Shown: one piece after another, positions 1-14,900 of the stretch
Layout of the letters: each line of letters starts with the position of its first letter
How positions within the stretch are numbered: position 1 is the first letter of the stretch
The notes under the pieces: generated by a model
What the model saw: only the letters and a program-made list of their open reading frames with translations
Told to the model about the DNA's origin: nothing
Databases searched by the model: none
Assembly: GCF_009914755.1 (NCBI RefSeq)
Contig: NC_060928.1
Source of the DNA: the human T2T-CHM13v2.0 reference genome, Homo sapiens
Reading direction: 5' to 3' (one strand)
DNA length: 64,000 bases
Position numbers and translations under genes: made by a program

Positions 1-210
1 TGTACAGTATATAATGCATACTTTGAGTACTTTGATATTTTATGTACAGTATGTAATACATACTTTGGGTACTTTGATATTTTATGTATAGTATATAATA
101 CATACTTTGTGTAGTTTGATATTTTATGTACAGTATACAATATATAGTTTGAGTACTTTGATATTTTATGTCCAGTATAAAATATATAGTTTTCCTAATT
201 GATATTTTAT

Positions 211-269
211 GTACAGAATATAGTTTGAGTACTTTGATATTTTATGTACACTTTATTATAAATGTTTGG
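211..269 (+). repeat. Cassette punctuation motif (first of about 88): shortened 18-bp B subunit, normal A subunit, then divergent 24-bp B subunit
   Basis: GTACAGAATATAGTTTGA (211-228) + GTACTTTGATATTTTAT (229-245) + GTACACTTTATTATAAATGTTTGG (246-269). It yields 35-bp and 41-bp monomers and recurs before 679, 2225, 2679, 3550 and so on to 63929. Confidence 0.9.
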
Positions 270-3200
270 GTAATTTCATATTTTATGTACAGTATATAAT
301 ACATACTTTGGTCTCTTTGATGTTTTATGTACAGTATATAATACATACTTTGGGTTCTTTGATATTTTATGTACAGAATATAATGCATAGTTTTAGGTAC
401 TTTTATATTTTATGTACAGTATATAATACATACTTTGGGTACTTTGATATTTTATGTACAGTATATAATACATACTTTGGGTACTTTGATATTTTATGTA
501 CAGTATATAATACATATTATTGGTACTTTGATATTTTATGTACAGTATACAATATATAGTTTGAGTACTTTGATATTTTATGTCCAGTATAAAATACATA
601 GATTTCATACTTTGATATTTTATGTACAGAATATAGTTTGAGTACTTTGATATTTTATGTACACTTTATCATAAAAGTTTGGGTACTTTCATATTTTACG
701 TACAGTATATAATACATACTTTGGGCACTTTGATGTTTTATGTACAGTATATAATACATACTTTGGGTTCTTTGATATGTTATGTACAGCATATAGTACA
801 TAATTTGGGGAATTTTATATTTTATGTACATTATATAATACATACTTTGGGTACTTTTATATTTTATGTACGGTATATAATACATACTTTGGGTACTTTG
901 GTATATTATGTACAGTATATAATACATACTTTGGGTACTTTGATATATTATGTACAGTATATAATACATACTTAGGGTACTTTGACATTTTATGTACAGT
1001 ACATAATACATACTTTGGGTACTTTGATATTTTATGTACAGTATATAATACATACTTTGGGTACTTTGATATTTTATGTACAGTATATAATACATGTTTT
1101 GGGTACTTTTACATTTTATGTACAGTATATAATATATAGTTTGGGTACTTTGATATTTTATGTACGGTATATAATACATACTTTGGGTACTTTGATATTT
1201 TATGTACAGTATATAATACATACTTTGGGTACTTTGATAATTTATGTACAGTATATAATACATACTTTGGGTACTTTGATATTTAATGTACAGTATATAA
1301 TACACACTTTGCGTACTTTGATATTTTATGTAAAGTATGTAATACATACTTTGGGTAGTTTGATATTTTATGTACAGTATGTAATACACGCTTTGGGTAC
1401 TTTGATATTTTATGTAGAGTATGTAAAACATACTTTGGGTAGTTTGGTATTTTATGATCAGTATATAATACATATTTTGGGTACTTTGATATTTTATGTA
1501 CAGTATATAATACATACTTTGGGTACTTTGATATTTTATGTACAGTATATAATGCATAATTTGGGTACTTCAATAGTTTATGCACAGTATATAATACATA
1601 CTTTGGGTAATTTGATATTTTATGTACAGTATATAATGCATACTTTGGGTACTTTGATAGTTTATGTACAGTATACAATACATACTTTGGGTACTTTGAT
1701 ATTTTATGTACAGTATATAATATGTAGTTTGGGTACTTTGATATTTTAACTACAGTATATAATACATACTTTGGGTACTTTGATATTTTATCTACAGTAT
1801 ATAATAGATACTTTGGGTACTTTGATATATTATGTACAGTATATAATACATAGTTTGGTTACTTTGATATTTTTTGTACAGTATGTAAAACATACTTTGG
1901 GGAGTTTGATATTTTATGAACAGTATATAATACACATTTTGGGTACTTTGATATTTTATGTACGGTATATAATACATACTTTGGGTACTTTGATATTTTA
2001 TGTACAGTATATAATTCATACTTTGGGTACTTTGATATTTTATGTACAGTATATAATACATACATTGGGTACTTCGATATTTTATGTGCAGTACCCTATA
2101 TATAGTTTGGGTACTTTGATATTTTATGTCGAGTATAAAATAAATAGTTTTGGTACTTTGATATTTTATGTACAGTATATAGTTTGAGTACTTTGATATT
2201 TAATGTTCAGTTTATTATAAATGTTTGGGTGCTTTCATATTTTATATACAGTATATAATACATACTTTGGGCACTTTGATATTTTCTGTACAGTATATAA
2301 TACATACTTTGGGTACTTTGATATTTTATGTATGGTATATAATACATACATTGGGTACTTTGATATTTTATGTACAGTATATAATATATAGTTTGGTTAC
2401 TTTGATATTTTATATACAGTATATAATATATATTATGTGTACTTTGATATATTATGTACAGTATATAATATATAGTATGGGTTGTTTGATATTTTATGTA
2501 CAGTATATAATATATAGTTTGGGTAGTTTGATATTTTTAGTACAGTATGTAATATATAGTTTGTTTTATTTGATATTTTATGTACAGTATACAATATATA
2601 GTATTGGTACTTTGATATTTCATGTAAAGTATATAGTTTGAGTACTTTGATATTTTATATGCAGTTTATTATAAATGTTTGGGTACCTTCATATTTTATG
2701 TACAGTATATAATACATACTTTGGGAACTTTTATTTTATGTGCAGTATATAATACATACTTTGGGTACTTTGATATTTCATGTACAGTATATAATACACA
2801 CTTTGGGTATTTTGATATTTTATGTACAGTATATAATACACACTTTGGGTAGTTTGATATTTTATGTACAGTATATAATACATACTTTGGGTACTTTGAT
2901 GTATTATGTACAGTATATAATACATACTTTGGGTACTTTGATATTTTATGTACAGTATATAATACATACTTTGGGTACTTTGATATTTTATGTACAGTAT
3001 GTAATACACACTTTGGGTACTTTGATATTTTATGTACAGTATGTAAAACATACTTTGGGTAGTTTGATATATTATGTACAGTATATAATACATACTTTGG
3101 GTACTCTGATATTTTATGTACAGTGTATAATACATACTTTGGGTACTTTGATATTTTATGTACAGTATATAATACATACATTGGGTACTTTGATATATTA

Positions 3201-3549
3201 TGTACAGTATATAATACTTACTTGGGGTATCTTGATATTTTATGTACAGTATATAATGCATACTTTGGGTACTTTGATATTTTATGTACAGTATATAATG
3301 CATACTTTGAGTACTTTGATATTTTATGTACAGTATGTAATACATACTTTGGGTACTTTGATATTTTATGTATAGTATATAATACATACTTTGTGTAGTT
3401 TGATATTTTATGTACAGTATACAATATATAGTTTGAGTACTTTGATATTTTATGTCCAGTATAAAATATATAGTTTTCCTAATTGATATTTTACGTACAG
3501 AATATAGTTTGAGTACTTTGATATTTTATGTACACTTTATTATAAATGT
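266..3549 (+). repeat. 3284-bp HOR copy (79 monomers; cassettes A 413 + B 1546 + C 454 + D 871)
   Basis: Cassette starts at 266, 679, 2225, 2679 and next A at 3550; marker variants recur at +3284. Confidence 0.88.
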
Positions 3550-6500
3550 TTGGGTACTTTCATATTTTATGTACAGTATATAATACATACTTTGGTCTCT
3601 TTGATGTTTTATGTACAGTATATAATACATACTTTGGGTTCTTTGATATTTTATGTGCAGAATATAATGCATAGTTTTAGGTACTTTTATATTTTATGTA
3701 CAGTATATAATACATACTTTGGGTACTTTGATATTTTATGTACAGTATATAATATATACTTTGGGTACTTTGATATTTTATGTACAGTATATAATACATA
3801 TTATTGGTACTTTGATATTTTATGTACAGTATACAATATATAGTTTGAGTACTTTGATATTTTATGTCCAGTATAAAATACATAGATTTCATACTTTGAT
3901 ATTTTATGTACAGAATATAGTTTGAGTACTTTGATATTTTATGTACACTTTATCATAAAAGTTTGGGTACTTTCATATTTTACGTACAGTATATAATACA
4001 TACTTTGGGCACTTTGATGTTTTATGTACAGTATATAATACATACTTTGGGTTCTTTGATATGTTATGTACAGCATATAGTACATAATTTGGGGACTTTT
4101 ATATTTTATGTACATTATATAATACATACTTTGGGTACTTTTATATTTTATGTACGGTATATAATACATACTTTGGGTACTTTGATATATTATGTACAGT
4201 ATATAATACATACTTTGGGTACTTTGATATATTATGTACAGTATATAATACATACTTAGGGTACTTTGACATTTTATGTACAGTACATAATACATACTTT
4301 GGGTACTTTGATATTTTATGTACAGTATATAATACATACTTTGGGTACTTTGATATTTTATGTACAGTATATAATACATGTTTTGGGTACTTTTACATTT
4401 TATGTACAGTATATAATATATAGTTTGGGTACTTTGATATTTTATGTACGGTATATAATACATACTTTGGGTACTTTGATATTTTATGTACAGTATATAA
4501 TACATACTTTGGGTACTTTGATATTTAATGTACAGTATATAATACACACTTTGCGTACTTTGATATTTTATGTAAAGTATGTAATACATACTTTGGGTAC
4601 TTTGATATTTTATGTACAGTATGTAATACACGCTTTGGGTACTTTGATATTTTATGTAGAGTATGTAAAACATACTTTGGGTAGTTTGTTATTTTATGAT
4701 CAGTATATAATACATATTTTGGGTACTTTGATATTTTATGTACAGTATATAATACATACTTTGGGTACTTTGATATTTTATGTACAGTATATAATGCATA
4801 ATTTGGGTACTTCAATAGTTTATGCACAGTATATAATACATACTTTGGGTAATTTGATATTTTATGTACAGTATATAATGCATACTTTGGGTACTTTGAT
4901 AGTTTATGTACAGTATACAATACATACTTTGGGTACTTTGATATTTTATGTACAGTATATAATATGTAGTTTGGGTACTTTGATATTTTAACTACAGTAT
5001 ATAATACATACTTTGGGTACTTTGATATTTTATCTACAGTATATAATAGATACTTTGGGTACTTTGATATATTATGTACAGTATATAATACATAGTTTGG
5101 TTACTTTGATATTTTTTGTACAGTATGTAAAACATACTTTGGGGAGTTTCATATTTTATGAACAGTATATAATACACATTTTGGGTACTTTGATATTTTA
5201 TGTACGGTATATAATACATACTTTGGGTACTTTGATATTTTATGTACAGTATATAATTCATACTTTGGGTACTTTGATATTTTATGTACAGTATATAATA
5301 CATACATTGGGTACTTCGATATTTTATGTGCAGTACCCTATATATAGTTTGGGTACTTTGATATTTTATGTCCAGTATAAAATAAATAGTTTTGGTACTT
5401 TGATATTTTATATACAGTATATAGTTTGAGTACTTTGATATTTAATGTTCAGTTTATTATAAATGTTTGGGTGCTTTCATATTTTATATACAGTATATAA
5501 TACATACTTTGGGCACTTTGATATTTTCTGTACAGTATATAATACATACTTTGGGTACTTTGATATTTTATGTACGGTATATAATACATACATTGGGTAC
5601 TTTGATATTTTATGTACAGTATATAATATATAGTTTGGTTACTTTGATATTTTATATACAGTATATAATATATATTATGTGTACTTTGATATATTATGTA
5701 CAGTATATAATATATAGTATGGGTTGTTTGATATTTTATGTACAGTATATAATATATAGTTTGGGTAGTTTGATATTTTTAGTACAGTATGTAATATATA
5801 GTTTGTTTTATTTGATATTTTATGTACAGTATACAATATATAGTATTGGTACTTTGATATTTCATGTAAAGTATATAGTTTGAGTACTTTGATATTTTAT
5901 ATGCAGTTTATTATAAATGTTTGGGTACCTTCATATTTTATGTACAGTATATAATACATACTTTGGGAACTTTTATTTTATGTGCAGTATATAATACATA
6001 CTTTGGGTACTTTGATATTTCATGTACAGTATATAATACACACTTTGGGTACTTTGATATTTTATGTACAGTATATAATACACACTTTGGGTACTTTGAT
6101 ATTTTATGTACAGTATATAATACATACTTTGGGTACTTTGATGTATTATGTACAGTATATAATACATACTTTGGGTACTTTGATATTTTATGTACAGTAT
6201 ATAATACATACTTTGGGTACTTTGATATTTTATGTACAGTATGTAATACACACTTTGGGTACTTTGATATTTTATGTACAGTATGTAAAACATACTTTGG
6301 GTAGTTTGATATATTATGTACAGTATATAATACATACTTTGGGTACTCTGATATTTTATGTACAGTGTATAATACATACTTTGGGTACTTTGATATTTTA
6401 TGTACAGTATATAATACATACTTTGGGTACTTTGATATTTTATGTACAATATATAATACTTACTTGGGGTATCTTGATATTTTATGTACAGTATATAATG

Positions 6501-6791
6501 CATACTTTGGGTACTTTGATATTTTATGTACAGTATATAATGCATACTTTGAGTACTTTGATATTTTATGTACAGTATGTAATACATACTTTGGGTACTT
6601 TGATATTTTATGTATAGTATATAATACATACTTTGTGTAGTTTGATATTTTATGTACAGTATACAATATATAGTTTGAGTACTTTGATATTTTATGTCCA
6701 GTATAAAATATATGGTTTTCCTAATTGATATTTTATGTACAGAATATAGTTTGAGTACTTTGATATTTTATGTACACTTTATTATAAATGT
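3550..6791 (+). repeat. 3242-bp HOR copy (3284 minus one 42-bp monomer in cassette B)
   Basis: Starts at 3550, 3963, 5467, 5921, next A at 6792. The GATAATTTAT-marked monomer at ~1236 is absent near 4460-4500 (ORF track 241 aa versus 255 aa). Confidence 0.88.
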
Positions 6792-7204
6792 TTGGGTAAT
6801 TTCATATTTTATGTACAGTATATAATACATACTTTGGTCTCTTTGATGTTTTATGTACAGTATATAATACATACTTTGGGTTCTTTGATATTTTATGTGC
6901 AGAATATAATGCATAGTTTTAGGTACTTTTATATTTTATGTACAGTATATAATACATACTTTGGGTACTTTGATATTTTATGTACAGTATATAATACATA
7001 CTTTGGGTACTTTGATATTTTATGTACAGTATATAATACATATTATTGGTACTTTGATATTTTATGTACAGTATACAATATATAGTTTGAGTACTTTGAT
7101 ATTTTATGTCCAGTATAAAATACATAGATTTCATACTTTGATATTTTATGTACAGAATATAGTTTGAGTACTTTGATATTTTATGTACACTTTATCATAA
7201 AAGT

Positions 7205-10200
7205 TTGGGTACTTTCATATTTTACGTACAGTATATAATACATACTTTGGGCACTTTGATGTTTTATGTACAGTATATAATACATACTTTGGGTTCTTTG
7301 ATATGTTATGTACAGCATATAGTACATAATTTGGGGACTTTTATATTTTATGTACATTATATAATACATACTTTGGGTACTTTTATATTTTATGTACGGT
7401 ATATAATACATACTTTGGGTACTTTGATATATTATGTACAGTATATAATACATACTTTGGGTACTTTGATATATTATGTACAGTATATAATACATACTTA
7501 GGGTACTTTGACATTTTATGTACAGTACATAATACATACTTTGGGTACTTTGATATTTTATGTACAGTATATAATACATACTTTGGGTACTTTGATATTT
7601 TATGTACAGTATATAATACATGTTTTGGGTACTTTTACATTTTATGTACAGTATATAATATATAGTTTGGGTACTTTGATATTTTATGTACGGTATATAA
7701 TACATACTTTGGGTACTTTGATATTTTATGTACAGTATATAATACATACTTTGGGTACTTTGATAATTTATGTACAGTATATAATACATACTTTGGGTAC
7801 TTTGATATTTAATGTACAGTATATAATACACACTTTGCGTACTTTGATATTTTATGTAAAGTATGTAATACATACTTTGGGTACTTTGATATTTTATGTA
7901 CAGTATGTAATACACGCTTTGGGTACTTTGATATTTTATGTAGAGTATGTAAAACATACTTTGGGTAGTTTGGTATTTTATGATCAGTATATAATACATA
8001 TTTTGGGTACTTTGATATTTTATGTACAGTATATAATACATACTTTGGGTACTTTGATATTTTATGTACAGTATATAATGCATAATTTGGGTACTTCAAT
8101 AGTTTATGCACAGTATATAATACATACTTTGGGTAATTTGATATTTTATGTTCAGTATATAATGCATACTTTGGGTACTTTGATAGTTTATGTGCAGTAT
8201 ACAATACATACTTTGGGTACTTTGATATTTTATGTACAGTATATAATATGTAGTTTGGGTACTTTGATATTTTAACTACAGTATATAATACATACTTTGG
8301 GTACTTTGATATTTTATCTACAGTATATAATAGATACTTTGGGTACTTTGATATATTATGTACAGTATATAGTACATAGTTTGGTTACTTTGATATTTTT
8401 TGTACAGTATGTAAAACATACTTTGGGGAGTTTGATATTTTATGAACAGTATATAATACACATTTTGGGTACTTTGATATTTTATGTACGGTATATAATA
8501 CACACTTTGGGTACTTTGATATTTTATGTACAGTATATAATTCATACTTTGGGTACTTTGATATTTTATGTACAGTATATAATACATACATTGGGTACTT
8601 CGATATTTTATGTGCAGTACCCTATATATAGTTTGGGTACTTTGATATTTTATGTCCAGTATAAAATAAATAGTTTTGGTACTTTGATATTTTATGTACA
8701 GTATATAGTTTGAGTACTTTGATATTTAATGTTCAGTTTATTATAAATGTTTGGGTGCTTTCATATTTTATATACAGTATATAATACATACTTTGGGCAC
8801 TTTGATATTTTCTGTACAGTATATAATACATACTTTGGGTACTTTGATATTTTATGTATGGTATATAATACATACATTGGGTACTTTGATATTTTATGTA
8901 CAGTATATAATATATAGTTTGGTTACTTTGATATTTTATATACAGTATATAATATATATTATGTGTACTTTGATATATTATGTACAGTATATAATATATA
9001 GTATGGGTTGTTTGATATTTTATGTACAGTATATAATATATAGTTTGGGTAGTTTGATATTTTTAGTACAGTATGTAATATATAGTTTGTTTTATTTGGT
9101 ATTTTATGTACAGTATACAATATATAGTATTGGTACTTTGATATTTCATGTAAAGTATATAGTTTGAGTACTTTGATATTTTATATGCAGTTTATTATAA
9201 ATGTTTGGGTACCTTCATATTTTATGTACAGTATATAATACATACTTTGGGAACTTTTATTTTATGTGCAGTATATAATACATACTTTGGGTACTTTGAT
9301 ATTTCATGTACAATATATAATACACACTTTGGGTACTTTGATATTTTATGTACAGTATATAATACACACTTTGGGTAGTTTGATATTTTATGTACAGTAT
9401 ATAATACATACTTTGGGTACTTTGATGTATTATGTACAGTATATAATACATACTTTGGGTACTTTGATATTTTATGTACAGTATATAATACATACTTTGG
9501 GTACTTTGATATTTTATGTACAGTATGTAATACACACTTTGGGTACTTTGATATTTTATGTACAGTATGTAAAACATACTTTGGGTAGTTTGATATATTA
9601 TGTACAGTATATAATACATACTTTGTGTACTCTGATATTTTATGTACAGTGTATAATACATACTTTGGGTACTTTGATATTTTATGTACAGTATATAATA
9701 CATACATTGGGTACTTTGATATATTATGTACAGTATATAATACTTACTTGGGGTATCTTGATATTTTATGTACAGTATATAATGCATACTTTGGGTACTT
9801 TGATATTTTATGTAAAGTATATAACGCATACTTTGAGTACTTTGATATTTTATGTACAGTATGTAATACATACTTTGGGTACTTTGATATTTTATGTACA
9901 GTATATAATACATACTTTGGGTACTTTGATATTTTATGTACAGTATATAATATATAGTTTGGGTACTTTGATAATTTATGTACAGTGTATAACACATACT
10001 TTGGGTACTTTGATATTTTATGTACAGTATATAATACATACTTTGGGTACTTTGATATTTTATATACAGTATATAATACATACTTTGGGTACTTTCATAT
10101 TTCATGTACAGTTTATAATATATAGTTTGGGTACTTTGGTATATTATGTACTGTATATAATACATACTTTGGGTACTTTGATATTTTATGTACAGTATAT

Positions 10201-11980
10201 AATACATACTTTGGGTACTTTGATATTTTATGTACAGTATACAATATATACTTTGACTACTTTGATATTTTATGTCCAGTATAGAATATATAGTTTTGGT
10301 AGTTTGATATTTTATGTACAGTATATAGTTTGAGTACATTGATATTTTATGTACACTTTATTATAAATGTTTGGATACTTTCATATTTTATGTACAGTAT
10401 TTAATACATACTTTGGGCACTTTGATATTTTATGTACAGTATACAATACATACTTTGGGTACTTTGATATTTTATTTACAGTATATAATACATAATTTGG
10501 GTACTTTGATATTTTATTTACAGTATATAATGCATACTTTGGGTACTTTGATGTTTTATGTACAGTATATAATACATACTTAGGGTACTTTGACATTTTA
10601 TGTGCAGTACATAATACATACTTTGGATACTTTGTTATTTTAAATACAGTATGTAATACATATTTTGGGTACTTTGATATTTTATGTACAGTATATAATA
10701 CATACTTTGGTACTTTTATATTTCATGTACAGTATATAATATATAGTTTGAGTACTTTGATATTTTATGTACAGTATATAATACATAGTTTGGGTATTTT
10801 GATATTTTATGTACAGTATATAATACATACTTTGGGTACTTTGATATTTTATGTACAGTATATAATATATAGTTTGGGTACTTTGATAATTTATGTGCAG
10901 TATATAACACATACTTTCGGTAGTTGGATATTTTATGTACAGTATATAATACATACTTTGGGTACTTCGATATTTGATGTACAGTATACTATATATAGTT
11001 TGGGTACTTTGATATTTTATGTCGGGTACAAAATAAATAGTTTTGGTACTTAGATATTTTATGTACAGTATATAGTTTGAGTACTTTGATATTTTATGTA
11101 TAGTTTATTATTAATGGGTGCTTTCATATTTTATGTACAGTATATAATACATACTATGGGCACTTTGATATTTTATGTACAGTATATAATACATAATTTG
11201 GGTACTTTGATATTTTATATACACTACATAATACATACTTTGGGTACTTTGATATTTTATGTACAGTACATAATATATAGTTTGGGTACTTTGATATAGT
11301 ATGTGCAGTATATAACACATACTTTCGGTACTTGGATATTTTATGTACAGTATATAATACATAATTTGGGTACTTCCATATTTTATGTACAGTATGCTAT
11401 ATATACTTTGGGTACTTTGATATTTTATGTCCAGTATAAAATAAAAAGTTTTGGTAATTCGATATTTTATGTACAGTGTATCGTTTGAGTACTTTGATAT
11501 TTAATGTACAGTTTATTATAAATGTTCAGGTGCTTTCATATTTTATGTACAGTATATAATACATACTTTGAGCACTTTGATATTTTATGTACAGTATATA
11601 ATACATACTTTGGTCTCTTTGATGTTTTATGTACAGTATATAATACATACTTTGGGTTCTTTGATATTTTATGTGCAGAATATAATGCATAGTTTTAGGT
11701 ACTTTTATATTTTATGTACAGTATATAATACATACTTTGGGTACTTTGATATTTTATGTACAGTATATAATACATACTTTGGGTACTTTGATATTTTATG
11801 TACAGTATATAATACATATTATTGGTACTTTGATATTTTATGTACAGTATACAATATATAGTTTGAGTACTTTGATATTTTATGTCCAGTATAAAATACA
11901 TAGATTTCATACTTTGATATTTTATGTACAGAATATAGTTTGAGTACTTTGATATTTTATGTACACTTTATCATAAAAGT
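7205..11980 (+). repeat. 4776-bp HOR copy 1 (115 monomers; B 1546, C 454, D-long 1166, E 743, F 412, G/A 455)
   Basis: Cassette starts at 7205, 8751, 9205, 10371, 11114 and 11526 all recur at +4776. Confidence 0.88.
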
Positions 11981-14900
11981 TTGGGTACTTTCATATTTTA
12001 CGTACAGTATATAATACATACTTTGGGCACTTTGATGTTTTATGTACAGTATATAATACATACTTTGGGTTCTTTGATATGTTATGTACAGCATATAGTA
12101 CATAATTTGGGGACTTTTATATTTTATGTACATTATATAATACATACTTTGGGTACTTTTATATTTTATGTACGGTATATAATACATACTTTGGGTACTT
12201 TGGTATATTATGTACAGTATATAATACATACTTTGGGTACTTTGATATATTATGTACAGTATATAATACATACTTAGGGTACTTTGACATTTTATGTACA
12301 GTACATAATACATACTTTGGGTACTTTGATATTTTATGTACAGTATATAGTACATACTTTGGGTACTTTGATATTTTATGTACAGTATGTAATACATGTT
12401 TTGGGTACTTTTACATTTTATGTACAGTATATAATATATAGTTTGGGTACTTTGATATTTTATGTACGGTATATAATACATACTTTGGGTACTTTGATAT
12501 TTTATGTACAGTATATAATACATACTTTGGGTACTTTGATAATTTATGTACAGTATATAATACATACTTTGGGTACTTTGATATTTAATGTACAGTATAT
12601 AATACACACTTTGCGTACTTTGTTATTTTATGTAAAGTATGTAATACATACTTTGGGTACTTTGATATTTTATGTACAGTATGTAATACACGCTTTGGGT
12701 ACTTTGATATTTTATGTAGAGTATGTAAAACATACTTTGGGTAGTTTGTTATTTTATGATCAGTATATAATACATATTTTGGGTACTTTGATATTTTATG
12801 TACAGTATATAATACATACTTTGGGTACTTTGATATTTTATGTACAGTATATAATGCATAATTTGGGTACTTCAATAGTTTATGCACAGTATATAATACA
12901 TACTTTGGGTAATTTGATATTTTATGTACAGTATATAATGCATACTTTGGGTACTTTGATAGTTTATGTACAGTATACAATACATACTTTGGGTACTTTG
13001 ATATTTTATGTACAGTATATAATATGTAGTTTGGGTACTTTGATATTTTAACTACAGTATATAATACATACTTTGGGTACTTTGATATTTTATCTATCGT
13101 ATATAATAGATACTTTGGGTACTTTGATATATTATGTACAGTATATAATACATAGTTTGGTTACTTTGATATTTTTTGTACAGTATGTAAAACATACTTT
13201 GGGGAGTTTGATATTTTATGAACAGTATATAATACACATTTTGGGTACTTTGATATTTTATGTACGGTATATAATACATACTTTGGGTACTTTGATATTT
13301 TATGTACAGTATATAGTTCATACTTTGGGTACTTTGATATTTTATGTACAGTATATAATACATACATTGGGTACTTCGATATTTTATGTGCAGTACCCTA
13401 TATATAGTTTGGGTACTTTGATATTTTATGTCCAGTATAAAATAAATAGTTTTGGTACTTTGATATTTTATGTACAGTATATAGTTTGAGTACTTTGATA
13501 TTTAATGTTCAGTTTATTATAAATGTTTGGGTGCTTTCATATTTTATATACAGTATATAATACATACTTTGGGCACTTTGATATTTTCTGTACAGTATAT
13601 AATACATACTTTGGGTACTTTGATATTTTATGTATGGTATATAATACATACATTGGGTACTTTGATATTTTATGTACAGTATATAATATATAGTTTGGTT
13701 ACTTTGATATTTTATATACAGTATATAATATATATTATGTGTACTTTGATATATTATGTACAGTATATAATATATAGTATGGGTTGTTTGATATTTTATG
13801 TACAGTATATAATATATAGTTTGGGTAGTTTGATATTTTTAGTACAGTATGTAATATATAGTTTGTTTTATTTGGTATTTTATGTACAGTATACAATATA
13901 TAGTATTGGTACTTTGATATTTCATGTAAAGTATATAGTTTGAGTACTTTGATATTTTATATGCAGTTTATTATAAATGTTTGGGTACCTTCATATTTTA
14001 TGTACAGTATATAATACATACTTTGGGAACTTTTATTTTATGTGCAGTATATAATACATACTTTGGGTACTTTGATATTTCATGTACAGTATATAATACA
14101 CACTTTGGGTACTTTGATATTTTATGTACAGTATATAATACACACTTTGGGTAGTTTGATATTTTATGTACAGTATATAATACATACTTTGGGTACTTTG
14201 ATGTATTATGTACAGTATATAATACATACTTTGGGTACTTTGATATTTTATGTACAGTATATAATACATACTTTGGGTACTTTGATATTTTATGTACAGT
14301 ATGTAATACACACTTTGGGTACTTTGATATTTTATGTACAGTATGTAAAACATACTTTGGGTAGTTTGATATATTATGTACAGTATATAATACATACTTT
14401 GTGTACTCTGATATTTTATGTACAGTGTATAATACATACTTTGGGTACTTTGATATTTTATGTACAGTATATAATACATACATTGGGTACTTTGATATAT
14501 TATGTACAGTATATAATACTTACTTGGGGTATCTTGATATTTTATGTACAGTATATAATGCATACTTTGGGTACTTTGATATTTTATGTACAGTATATAA
14601 TGCATACTTTGAGTACTTTGATATTTTATGTACAGTATGTAATACATACTTTGGGTACTTTGATATTTTATGTACAGTATATAATACATACTTTGGGTAC
14701 TTTGATATTTTATGTACAGTATATAATATATAGTTTGGGTACTTTGATAATTTATGTACAGTGTATAACACTTACTTTGGGTACTTTGATATTTTATGTA
14801 CAGTATATCATACATACTTTGGGTACTTTGATATTTTATATACAGTATATAATACATACTTTGGGTACTTTCATATTTCATGTACAGTTTATAATATATA

